A DNA stretch of 64,000 nucleotides, taken from contig OZ316891.1 of NCBI GenBank assembly GCA_973895155.1, positions 22,457,168-22,521,167 on the forward strand, in the 5' to 3' direction. The notes under the pieces are model-generated. The model saw only the letters and a program-made list of their open reading frames with translations. It did no database searches and was not told the DNA's origin. Of the stretch, positions 51,886-64,000 are shown one piece after another (within the stretch, counting starts at the first letter, position 1; every line of letters begins with the position of its first letter). Made by a program: the position numbers and the translations under genes. This DNA is from Marsupella aquatica (lineage: Eukaryota; Plantae; Marchantiophyta).

Positions 51886-53682
51886 ACTCTTCTGACAGTT
51901 CCGTTCAATTTTTGTTGAATTTTGAGGAACCTGGCTTACAATGTAAATATTAGTTGTGTACAGATGCAGACATCAGTGTCGGCACTTGTTGAGTTGAATT
52001 TGAGCAGTAAAGATTCATCCAGAAGCTTGAGATATTGAAGAACCGTAGAACCAGTTAACCATTTCATCGAGTATGAAGAGGCATTCTACTTTCTCATCGA
52101 CATACTGAAAAACATAATGCGCTTGTAAATCTTCTTACTTGGGCCGACGAAGATTTTATGAAAACCTGGAAAATGTTGTTGAGAGTGCTCACTATGTTAC
52201 CTGCATAAGTCACCCTTCATACACATCTGGCCGGTTTTCAATTGTGCCTCATAATCTTTCCTGCACAGCTACCACAAAATAGCACAATTCCCACAAAATA
52301 CTGTAGGTCATTTTTTTAACCATATTCACAGAAAGAGTGTCTTCTGTTCGACTCCGCACTACTGTATCTCACTGCAAAGAGCTAACAATTTTCTGACAGA
52401 AGGGAGACCGAGCTTTTCGTCATGAGGACATGTTCTGTGCATGATATGCAATCAGACCATTGTGGATGATTCGACGGAGCAGTCCCACTTTCGCTCCGAT
52501 CCGAGAAGCTTGGAATAATTGTTATCTACTGTAGCTCCATGAATAGGTTACTCAACTATGGACTAGATGCTCAGCTTTCAATTTTAATTCTCGGGCGCCG
52601 TTTACCAACTACTTGATCTTCTGTTTCAGAAATAGAAATAAAAGTAAGTGAAAAATAAAAGTAAGTGAAGGAGAGAAATATTTTGCAGAACATTCGATCA
52701 CCTTGAATTAGAGCTGTTTGTAAAGACATTAAACAACGAGGAAATGGATAAATAGCAAAAGAACGCAACTTCGTCATGATTCGTTTTACAGAGAAGACAT
52801 AATCCACTACTTGGTCACAGGATTTCGTGCAGTTTCTGTGAGAGCTTTGCTAATTCTCTTCTGCTCATTAGGGGGTCCCAAATATAGACCCATTTTTCTA
52901 TTCACTGGGATAGTGGCAGGTGGGTGAGTAGAGACTCGTTGGAGTTCTTGTTTCTTTGGTTTGCCTAATAGCAGGACATGGTGTGGGGAGATGGCCACAG
53001 AGAAACATTAAATTCCCTTAAACCACCAGCACCTATAAAGACCTTTCCCGTAGCTCTCATGTTAAAGTTCAGAGGTTCAGGAATGGGCTTGAGCTCCACA
53101 AAAGTCCTGAGTACATAACCTTTTTATTGGCAAATGCTCCACCTTTTATGGTGAGACACTCTTGACCAAGGGATCAGAATGAGGAGTAGTGAGAGAGGAA
53201 TGAGGCTTTTAATGGGGGCAGGTGTGGTTTAATAGAAGTGTGGCACATTGTTTGGCAACATCTCTCCAAACCTAACACTGACTGCTGTGAAACTCCAGGC
53301 TGGTTATATTTGTGAAGTGGGACTAGTGCATAAAACTATGATAAACACAAATAAAATATGTTTGAGGCAAAATGAGATAGAAAGAAGATCCACCTCTCTT
53401 GTTATATTTGAAACCATGAGAGTCAAATTTCCAAGGTCTGCAAGCCTTGTTTGGGCTATCTAATTCACTCAGTGATTCTGTCACATTAAGGTTAACCAGG
53501 GGGTTAATTGAAAACCTGGCTCCGGTCAATTCTCACTAGAGTTGCAGGAAATGATCTCTTGACCTCCCAAAAACACTGTGGGAGCCAAAAGCAGGACACT
53601 GACGTTCTCCGTTTGGGCCTGTCCTGCACAGTTTTGGCCGCTGGAAAAAGGCCCCGTCTGGTAGGTTTGAGATGCCCTATTA

Positions 53683-53967
53683 GGGTGTCTCAAACTATAA
53701 GAGATGCGTGCTTTTAGTCGGTCCGAGACTTTGCAGTGCGGGACGCGGATTTAAAATGTGCGGACTTAAAATGACCACACATTTTTTCCCTGCTTATTTG
53801 CACACGGCAGGCTGATTCGCTACGAGCCCTCTCAAAGTTCACCTCGCCTTGGTTACACATGCCCCAAAACCATGTCCCGATTGTAGTTTTGGCCACTGTT
53901 TGTTGCGGTCAGTAACCCGGAGTACAAATGAGAAGCACAAAGATTGGGACACCTGTTTGAGACCCCC
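53683..53967. mobile_element. Tourist-like MITE (285 bp) with TIRs related to the Pong element
   Basis: GGGTGTCTCAAAC ... GTTTGAGACCCCC (13 bp, 1 mismatch), TA on both flanks. An orphan right TIR GTTTGAGATGCCC ends at 53677, just upstream. Confidence 0.6.
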
Positions 53968-54844
53968 TACTATAGCATAAACTCAAAAACCTACCCCAAC
54001 TCGAAGGTTCTCATAGCATGGGCATTACTCTTCACAACCCGACTCATGCAAGTTTTCTTTACGCACTAAACAGACTGAGAACACACTTGGATTGCACAAA
54101 CCAATGAAGTCTTGCTTGGCTTCTGTCAATCACATGCTTGCCCGTCTTTCAGGTTTACTAAACCGCGCGTTAAATCTATGTCAGTCTTAAACCACAACTG
54201 CCCTTCAAAAGCTACGGGTTACCCTTAGTTATCATTAAAAAGAGACTTTTTCTCAAATTGTGGAGCAAACTGGCATGCTAGAGGAGAAAGTGATTGAAAT
54301 GTGGAAAAAGGGGGAGCTCTTGGACACTTCCCCTTATATAGGGCAAGTTGTGGTCCAGAACATAAACTAAAACATATGTACTTCAAATTAATTGGTTTGT
54401 GGATCATAAATGTAATATAGGGGTTTATATTCTGGTCTACTGAGCGCATTAACTTGATTTAACCACAAGTGTTCACAAACACGACTCCGACTGACTTCTA
54501 GAGAGCCCACAAACGAGTCTCTAAAAGTGTCTGCGACAAAGAATCTATATAAGGAACTCGTCCTCGCCCCGTTGGATTCCCATGTTTGTAGGGCCCACCG
54601 CCGCCATGTTTAGCGGGACCGCTATTCTTTCTCCCCTTTGTTTGTTTTAGCTTCGTCGTCGAGGCTTTGAAGCTCTAGCTTTTAGGTCTTTGCCACCTCT
54701 ACAGTCATCCGATTCGGGAGAAGTTGAGAGAGAGCAACAGCGAGGGCGGAAGGTGGAGTCGTCTCGAGAGATCGTTGCTCGGGGAAGACGACGAGCGGAG
54801 CAATTCGAGAGGCTGCTCCGAGCTCGGCAGAATGACCGTCTGGC

Positions 54845-55813
54845 GAGCGGAATTGGTGCACAATTGGTAATCTTCGAACTGATTCTCTGTGTGTGGGGTC
54901 TCGTTTTGCTTCTGTGCCCTCGTTGTGATGTGTAAATCGGACCACGGGATTTGGTCGACGGAAGGAAATTGCGTTTCGCAGTAGGACGTCTGCCCTCGTA
55001 CTCGTTGTCGTAGGCAGAACCCTATTGTGGACGGAGACGGCGTTGTGTGGACTGTGGAGAAGGAGAGGTCGTGTTCTTGGCGGAGACGGGAATTCCCTTA
55101 CTCCTCATCACCTGTCACTGAAATGCACGGGAATCACTCCTAAACCCCTAGAAAGAATGATGGAAGATTCCACTTGTTTGTTAGTTTGCTCGGGTTCAGC
55201 AATTTGGGCGTGCCTGTCCATAAGAGATATAAATAGCACCTTAATAGATTTCCCCTCCCCTCATTTTCTTGCTGCAGGGTGAAGCAGAGAGAAGACCTCG
55301 GTTTCGGTGGTCGCCTGATAACAGGCAAATTACATTTTCTCAGGAAGATGTCGGGGGAGTTTCTTCATCTTCTTCGGTGCACCAGTGAGAAGATGGGGAT
55401 GACGGTGGTGCCCACCTAGCTGCTAGCAAGGCAAATGTTCTCCTTCGATGTGGCATAAGTTCCGCATCACGAGGTGAAGTCAGCTGGATGCAATCCCTCA
55501 TAGGAGGAGCAGAACACGATGACGAGGAATACCTGGCAAGGGTCAGTTGGTTTCAGGATGGTTATTTATTAGCAGAACTACTAAACCGTGCTCAAAGAAA
55601 GCTGGTCATTGAATTTTCAACCCAATTATAGGAGAGCGCCAAATTGTCTTAGAGAAGAGAGGCATCATGTATCACGCCGATAGCTTCGCACCACTGCAGA
55701 CATGGAGATTTATATGCGCCAGAGAACGGTGGCTGAAGGCGTTTGTATCTGTATGATGCAGTTGGTGAATGTCTGGGCCCTTTGACGGAGAGCAATTCGG
55801 CAGTGGAAAAGAT
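54845..55813 (+). repeat. Duplicated 5' leader, copy 2 (upstream of the ALKBH gene)
   Basis: Shares CAATTGGTAATCTTC, GGACCACGG..TT(T)GGTCGACGGAAG, TGCAGGGTGAAGC, ACTAAACCGTGCTCAAAGAAAGC, GCCGATAGCTTC.CACCACTGCAGACA and GCAGTGGAAA with copy 1. Confidence 0.9.
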
Positions 55814-55981
55814 TTTAGGGGTGGATGAATATGCAGGAATCATATAGTTCATGGGGACCTCAAGTTTTCGGGCAATTGCTCTGTACAGTTCACTAATCCT
55901 CTCAGATTACAAATTTTCTGTGGGAAAGCCAAAGCAGCTGACAAGAGGGGAGGGCACCACATTGTTGCCATAGACCATCAA

Positions 55982-58695
55982 ATGGAGACATTTGTGGATA
56001 CAGTTGAAGGGGGAGCAGAGGACACTCCTGCACCTGTACACGTCTGTTCTCTTGCCAATCATGGACAGAATTCAACGCAGAGCGTCCACAACGTCAGCCC
56101 CTCGGCTCGAGAGGAGCCAATTGAGCCGCCGCCAGTGAGCTCCGAAGTGGAAGTGCTCAATGTCACTCCCCCTGCCCCTGCCCAACCGCCTCGAAGGCCG
56201 CGCGAGATGGCCGAAAGCTCCCATGCGGAATTGCATAGGGCTGGAGCGATTTTATTGAAGTATGATAAAGATGTATTCGAGGGCTTGTGTGCGCAATGCA
56301 GGCCCATTGTCCATCGACTTCTGGCCAACCTCGGTCTTTTTGACGATCCTGAGGATACCGTAAACCACGCTGCCGTAGAGGATGACTTTGTAAATCTTTC
56401 TGTGGTAGAGGATAACACCGTAAACCACTCGGTAGTAGAGGATGACATTCGAAACGATTTCAATTCAGAGGTTGAGACCCGGTCGACCGTTATCAACGCT
56501 GTGGTGGAGGGTTACTTTGTAAATCACCCTGTCGTTGAGGATGGCATTGTGAACCACTCGGTAGAAGAGGATGGCATTAGAAACCATTCCGGGTCAGAGG
56601 TTGAGACTCCGTCGACCGAAATTAATAACAACGACGCAGATACGGCCTCTGAGAGCCTTGTAAAAGGCTACTCGCAGCCGGGGCCTGTAAAAGGTGAAAG
56701 GATTGTCGATGACACTGCATCAAGCGGGGAGATTCTTGAACATGACAGCCGCCAACGGGAGACAGTGGGAAGTCAAGGGAAACTAAGGCTTTGGAGTGAG
56801 GAGCAGTCATCCGGCTCCGAGGTTGACGAGGAGCTTCGAATTCCATCTGAGGATCACGAGGCTGGTGAAATTGCCCCCCCTCAAATTCCATCTGTCGCAG
56901 CTCCGGATGCAGCTGTCATCAGGGTCTTCAAAACAGCTGTAGGTAGTCAGAGCAGCATTTCAGACAGTGGCCGAACGCTGGCTTTCCACGGTAGAAATGG
57001 CATATCGAATTTTGCTTGGGCGAATGCCACTCTTCCCAGCCCCAAGCGAGTTGGTGACGATGAGGAGGATGAGGAGTCGTCGTCGGTCAGCAGCACTCCC
57101 ACTGAGCCCCCATCAGACCAGAGCGGTGGGCAAGTTGAGTCACAGTCTACAGCGGCGAAGAGAACAAGGTTGGAGCAGGAGGCACGCCGGATGCAAGCTG
57201 TGGTGCGCAAGAAGGATTTTAAATGCATTGAGCGTATCCGCGGGAGACTCGTCAACGTTGTGGAGGGCTTGGAACTGCATGAAAAGGCGTTCAACAAAGT
57301 CGAAATGCAGAAACTGATCGACATGGTTTACAAACTTCAAGAGATGGGACGAAATGGGTTGCTGCGTGGTAAGCATCCCTGATTTTGACAATGTCTCAAG
57401 GGTCTTTCAGGTGTTAACTGAGTATTTCTGTTAGAAGAAACCCTAAACCTCTTCTCATTGTTGTCGTTATACCGAAGACTAGTCATCGACTGTGTGCCCG
57501 AGGAAGCTAACCCAAGTATTTGTTTATTTTAGATCATTTCACATGAACGATAGAATTGCGCCGTCTTTCTGTTTGATTGCAGCTGAGATTGAGGGATTGG
57601 GAGTCCACAGGTACAGTTTGTCGTAGCTTAGCAGATGATTAGAAGATCTACCTTATCATATCTGTAAGTTACGGGCGTTCTAAGATATTTTTTTAAATTT
57701 GACTGAAATCCAGAGCGGACGTATTCTGAACCGAGGAAGTGGATGCCTGGGAAGGGGAGGGTGACGATGCAATTTGGGTGCTGTTACAATTATGCACAGG
57801 TAAGTCATAAACTTTGAAATCAGTTGTTGCAAGTTTGTATGCTAGCTGATTGTGATTCTTCCGATATAGTTTGCAATTGATCGGATAACCGTCAATCTTT
57901 ATGTTGCAGGATAGGAATGGAAATCCACCAGGGATCATGCATGAAGAAATAGTTGATGACATGCCGGATTTGCTGAAGACTACCATCCGCCGCCTCGTCA
58001 GGTGGGGCGTGTTACCTGAGACCTGCATACCAGACAGCTGCATAATTAATATATATGACGTTGGGGACTGCATACCGCCTCATATCGACCACCATGACTT
58101 CGTGCGACCCTTCTCCACACTCTCGCTTCTTAGCGAGTGCAACATTCTCTTTGGCTCAAAATTGAGTATTGTGGGTGACGGGAAGTTCGATGGCCCAATG
58201 TCCATACCTTTGCCTGTTGGGTACGTCTTATGTAACCATGGACTTTCTATACGTGACTGGCAGCTGGAACTTCTTGCTCGTGTATGGTATCTCGATGGCT
58301 CAGCCTCACAGTGATATAATTGTTTTTGGCTGGCAGAACGGATTCATATTGTGGATGATGATCTCATATGTGTGCGGTTGATTCTTTTGACCTTTACAGA
58401 TCAGTACTGGTTCTTAAAGGGAATGGGGCAGATTTTGCTAAGCATGCTGTGCCAGGAGTTCCAACCAAACGGTAAGTCTCTCACCAGCCTAAAGCGTATC
58501 TCCAAATTTACGAAGATTAGATTTCTGAGGCTTGTCTTGTCGCTATAGTCGGGATTGACTGAGGGTATTGTGATTACTTCCTTGTTTCGCAGGATATCAA
58601 TCACTTTCCGGAAGATGGATCCATCGAAGGTACCGAGAGGTTATGAGTTGCCAAAGGATCTCAGAGGTATCAGGACAGCGCCTCACCTCAGGTAA
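55982..58695 (+). CDS. AlkB-family 2OG-Fe(II) RNA m6A demethylase, ALKBH9/10-like, five exons
   Basis: RKKDFKCIERIRGRLVNVVEGLELH, RTYSEPRKWMPGKGRVTMQFGCCYNYA, PDSCIINIY..GDCIPPHIDHHDFVRPF (HxD) and KHAVPGVPTKRISITFRKM (distal His, RxxxxxR). Long acidic N-terminus. Confidence 0.93.
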
Positions 58696-61600
58696 TGGAG
58701 GCTGTTTGACAACAGACTTCGCTTCTCCCGATTTCCACCTGCATCATGGTAGGCCCTGAACCTGTGGGGCAGGAAAATTACCGCCATGACCTACACTCTT
58801 GTACATCGTTCTTTGAATATCGTTAGAGTTCCTTCATTAGCTTGACATGCCTTTTTATTCTGGGCTTCAATTGGGGCAATACCATGTTAATAGACACGAC
58901 TTTACTCACAGTTTCTTATTACCGTTGTCATTCTGAGGAGCTGAAATAGGATAGTTGAAGCCTTCCATACGGGTTTGAGAGTAGGAACCTGGAGTTCCCT
59001 CAAGTGCTGTCTTGTACTTTCACGAGCATCCCACCACCATTGTTGTCACCAGTTTACAACGCCTGTCTTCAGTTTGTTGTAATGTATCCATCTTCTTCAA
59101 AGGTGTGTGCTTAAATGAACTAATCTTCAAGTCCCACAAATTCCCTTGAATGAAGTAGACACCAAATTGGGTAATGGGGTTATCAATATTTATAGAAGTT
59201 TATTAAATTGTGCTTCACTAAGTCTTAGACCTTTCTGTTAGTCGAACCTTTCTGACCAGATGCTCTGATTCGCACCCTCCAAAATCACTGGAATGGCAAA
59301 GGCGTTACTCTTTGATTTCGATTACGCCTATTTGGTAGTCTGTTCCATTTCCACAAGTTGATTGAGCTCCGTCCGGAAGGAACGAGAGCCCTATAACCAT
59401 CTAGCAAGGTGAGAGTGCGATGCATGTTTTAAACGAAGTGTTTGTAATGACAAGATTTTACTTCAATAGATCGTATGATGATGGATCTTTCCCCGCATTC
59501 ACAGGGGCGCTGTGTGTTAGTCACAAGCTTTGTAATACACTTCTTGTTCAACACATGGACCCACAGGAAAATTTTGAACCACCAAGCAAATTCTTGCCCT
59601 CACCCAGCTCACATTGATTGCCCTTGCTTTCTTATGCATTCATCCTCGTGACCCTGTCCCTCGCTTGCTGTGCCCCCAATTCCTTTTTTTATGTCCGTGT
59701 CTCCATAACTAGCGTCCTTCAGTTCTCAATTCGAAAAAAGAACGTAGTGAATGCTTCCTCTGCGTGTCTGCTCTTGGATCGATGACATTCTCATGTACGT
59801 CTATTTTCTATACCATGACATTCTACTCTTCGAGAAGATCTGCAATTCCAACACGAGTCTTTTTCATAATACAACCAAACAAAAACCAAATAAAAGGAGA
59901 AGCTCCAACCTATAGCTCCAACGTGATGTTACATCTCAAATTCAAATTTGCCCCTTTGATTTGAGTTGGATACATGGGGGTTAATCTGGAACCACTGTGG
60001 AAGACGTAAGGGGAAACTCCACCAATAGTCAGTCAAGAACGTCATTTAGTTCAACTAGGAAATGGAGTCAGACACTTGCAAGCGCTCTTTGTTGCTGAGT
60101 AATAATGGATGTTTGGAGTAGGCTGTGAAGCAAACTAGGTGCATTATAGTCTGTTCAACGAACTACTATGGTGGATCGTAATAAATGATTAAGTTTTCGC
60201 TTCTGGGGCTTATGCACTAGATTGCCTCTTGTGCAGATTACCTCCTGGATTACTGGTGCATAAGCCCTAAGTAGAGTTCAACTCAAGCTCAACCACTGTG
60301 AGCTTTGATGGATCAGTTTTGCCCAAGAGCAGTCCCTGCATGTACATTGATGAAGCTAAGTGCTGGAATCACATTGACACAACAGAGGAGGTTTGAATTT
60401 GTGATTTATGGGCGTGGTAAGACTGCTCTTAGTTCACATGTAGCACAATTGCAAACTGCCTGTTAGTCTTGATTATGACGATGTTAGATTTGTTCCACAA
60501 GAGACAATGGTACCCAAGGAAAACGAAGGCCATCAACATAAAGGCGAAGAGGACATATCTAACACTATAATAGGCAATCCCGCCCATTTGGCCACTTTCG
60601 TCCGTCATCCTGTTATGAATTTGAATATCAGCGGGAATGAAACTGAACCGTCAGATTAAAGCATCTCTTTTTTCGTATCCGTCCGATCGTTTAACAAGAC
60701 ACGCATGCCAGGAACGACGCACGCAGGCAAGCACAGGCCCACGTAATTGCTCCCTTCCGTGCATAGGGCTTCGGGCCCTGCCTCGCCACGCCTCCCTTCC
60801 GTGCATAGGGCTTTGTGCCCTCCTGGCTGCCTGCCTCGCTCGCCTCCCTTCCCACGTTTACATTCCATGCGCTTTCTCCCTATGGGACCGGCCCTCCTTG
60901 CACAGTGCAACGCACTGGCATTGGGCTCGTTAACCATAAGAATAATAATCGTCTTTTCCCACATACACCCCATGATCCGTACACCCAGCTGCCTTTATCA
61001 TAAGTTTTGAATGGATCTTCATCTAATCACAGACTATCACAAGAAGTTTGTGACACGAGAAAATGGATTTTCTTCTAGGTTAGGTGGTCTATAATCTGAA
61101 GAGGCACATAAAAAGGTCATGCCTGCCCACTAACAATGGTATTTAAACAAGCCAGGAGTTAGGGCTCTATAGGCCTCCATCCAAATGATGGTAGTCTAAG
61201 AGAACAAATTACACCAGTAACAAAGAAACTATATTTTGCCTCCTTGCTTGGATGTTAACGGGTGTGCAGAACTCCATCGTTGCTTTACAACCAAAACTCT
61301 ACACACTATGTACAACTTGAGCATACACAACCATATCTAGCCCATTCTAGATTTTGCCTTTAAACCTGGGTTTATAACCCTCAACATCGTCCATGATTCT
61401 TTATGACAGGCAAGACAAAAATATTCTACATACAAGTACTGCTGTAGTTGAAGGAGGAGGCCATGCCCACATTTAGATGATGAGATTGTTTGTGTTCTGT
61501 TAAAATTCTGTGGCATTTATACCCAATTCACACTTGGGAAGTTTCAAACATGATTGATTATATCCAAACATTCTTTTCAATCACTTCAAACTATCAACTA

Positions 61601-62569
61601 TAGTAAGCTCAGACTTACATAAAAATGACCTCTCTAAGTGTTATGATCAGCATGCAAAATGTCGCAAAGATCAGGAATCTGCAATGGGCTTTGGATGTTT
61701 CAACATGTATTAGTTACAGTTTGCTGCGAAAAAGGTGGGTTCAGACACACAGAATTGCCCTTTGCCCTGCCAGCCATGACAAGACCATTAAAGGCTAAAC
61801 TGTAAACCCTATGAAGAGACCACTGATTGTGCATCAAACCAAATCTCCTTGGTCCACAAGTGGCCCTCCCCACTGGGCCACTCATCCTACCCTAACACTC
61901 ACCTCGGAAACCTTGTTACCTTGCCATTTTCCATCTCTCTACACCATCATCATTTTTTCTGATTCGGAAATATGTGAGGTAAAGAGCTTGCACGAGTCAT
62001 AAGCTTGGAAAGGATCTCAAATCCAAACTCTTGTTAACTCAGATGGCATACCAAAGTGTTGTTTAAATCAAATCAAAGTTTTCCACTCTAAATTTATCGG
62101 GCAATTTATGTACTCTTAGAAATCCCACGTGAGCAAAACGTTTGAGATGAGGATCTAATCTAATCTCAGCTTATAGCTGAGTTTGCCACCGGCAGCCTTT
62201 TTATTCAGTCTACATCCATATCACCCTAGTTGGAATGCATGTTTCAGTGGATCCCTTTCAAAAATATAGAAAACTAATGGAAGAAAACAGCTCGGAAAAC
62301 TGTTTGGGATGGGGACCCTATCCAAGCTTATAGCTCTGCTTGCACATCAGCAAGAGCATCTCCGACCCTTACTGGAAAGCCTTGTTGTAACTGAGTGTTG
62401 ACTCAGCAACAAAAATGCAAAAAATCATCATGTCCCTAACCTCTTCACTCTAATGCTATTGAATTTTCAGGCACTGGGTTTTTGGGTTACTAGATCTGTA
62501 CATGGAAAAACCAATTATATAGTTTTGACTTTTTTTAGTTTCTGCTGGGTTAGTTGCTAGGTCTCAAGA

Positions 62570-63180
62570 TTGTAATCTAGGTGATGTGAAGCTCATTTCT
62601 AGTGTGGAGTGATATTATACACCAAGGATTAGGGCTAGGTTTCATTTGACTATGACTAGTATTTGTAATCTAGGGTGATGTGAAGCTACTATCTAGTGTG
62701 GAGTGAAACTATACACCAAGGGTTGGGGCTAAGTTGCATTTGACCATGACTAGTCCTTAGAGTAAACTAAGAAAAGGGGGTTGGCAGACTCGGTATTATT
62801 CTACTTATAACCCTTGGACATGGTTGTAGAGCTCAGCTAGTGCATGAGGTCCACAGCACAGTCATCACCCAGCTGGGAAATGGGTGAGATAACTAGCTAG
62901 TGCATCAACTGCTCCATAGCAAGGTCATCAGCCAGCTTCCATAACACAGTCATCACCCAACTGGGAGATAGGTGAGATAAAGAGCTAGCGCATCAACTGC
63001 TCCATAGCAAGGTCATCATCCAGCTTAATATTATTGTTTTACCTTGAAAGCCCAAAGCAGACCCATCCAACAGACCATAGTTGTTCTGCATGGTCCAGAG
63101 GATGCAATTATGTTTTCTAGCCACAAAGGGGGCAATACCCTGGTCCAGAGGATGCAATTATGTTTTCTAGCCACAAACTC
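62570..63180. repeat. Three successive short tandem duplications (~90, ~87 and ~36 bp units)
   Basis: TTGTAATCTAGG(G)TGATGTGAAGCT...ATGACTAGT x2; CACAGTCATCACCCA.CTGGGA...CCAGCTT x2; TGGTCCAGAGGATGCAATTATGTTTTCTAGCCACAAA x2. Confidence 0.85.
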
Positions 63181-63570
63181 GGGGGGTTGACTATCAAAAA
63201 TCTTGGGAACCACGTGCGATCCAAAATAGGTAATTTTGATAGAAATTAACTAAATTTTTAAAAAGCGTAGGAGGCAAAAGAAGGTATTATAAACTCATGT
63301 TTTTAGAATATTCTATAATATATACTTTTTATAAAGTAAAATAGATTATTAATATTAAAAATAAAGAATATTCTTGGAAAATTTTCTTTATAAAATAGGT
63401 CTATCTATATTAAGCTAGGATCACATGTGGTACCCCAAAATATACACTTAGTTAACCCCCCAGGCCACAAAGGGGGCAATACCCAGGGATCCAAAAGGGA
63501 CCAGCCAGGGGCTGAAGAGTACTCAATACTCCCACCACTACAGCCCACCCACATATACCCTCCACACCCC

Positions 63571-63571
<1 letters not shown>

Positions 63572-63601
<30 letters not shown>
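63572..63601. repeat. (TG)n microsatellite
   Basis: Direct reading. A similar (TG)n plus G-run occurs at 20414-20450. Confidence 0.95.
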
Positions 63602-64000
63602 GGGGGAGGGGGGAATTGGAACTCAAAACTCTAGGTTAATCCAGGGGCCAACTGACCTCTGCCAGTTGCTTTCCAGCTTAAAGCGCCACTGTCCCTAAAC
63701 CTGGTGGACCAGGTTACTAAAGTAAACCAAAAATGGACTCAAAACAGTAAAAAAAAGTGTTCTATTTTGTACTTTTCCAACCTGGTGGAGAGTGGTGGCC
63801 ACAACTGCCCCTTCGTAAAGACTTTTATGACTTTTCTCTCTGTATATTTGAGTGCATTAATTTTCCATAATGCACCCTTTTTTTTGAGGAGGGGATTATA
63901 CAAAAACCATAAATATAATAAAAATAAAAATTAAATATAGTTTTACCACACAAAAAAATAATTAAATTTAGTCAAGATCTGAAGATGATAACCAAATCTT

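Noticed and set aside
62354-62370. GAGCATCTCCGAC resembling the Pong TIR (weaker similar match at 9363)
   Set aside because: No partner TIR found, and it is too short to call an element.

Overview
Gene-rich nuclear DNA from a land plant, most consistent with a bryophyte (probably a moss). This is inferred from GT-AG introns, plant gene families and the PLS-DYW PPR style; the species cannot be fixed from the sequence. Genes: intronless VPS60/CHMP5, intronless type-B response regulator, tRNA-Cys(GCA) inside a tRNA-derived repeat array, xylulose kinase, a PLS-E-DYW PPR editing factor, a frameshifted uncharacterised gene, UBA5, an uncharacterised plant protein, condensin CAP-G and an ALKBH9/10-like RNA demethylase. 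Mobile DNA: an apparently intact 4.2 kb Pong/PIF-Harbinger element, a related MITE, a copia relic, two LINE fragments (one with a 14-bp TSD) and a decayed TE-associated ORF. The most notable signal is that splicing appears to fuse a complete OSB-type PDF ssDNA-binding motif to the N-terminus of the PPR-DYW deaminase. Also notable: CAP-G and ALKBH share a duplicated 0.8-1 kb 5' leader. Multi-exon coordinates were read by eye, and some N-termini are uncertain.
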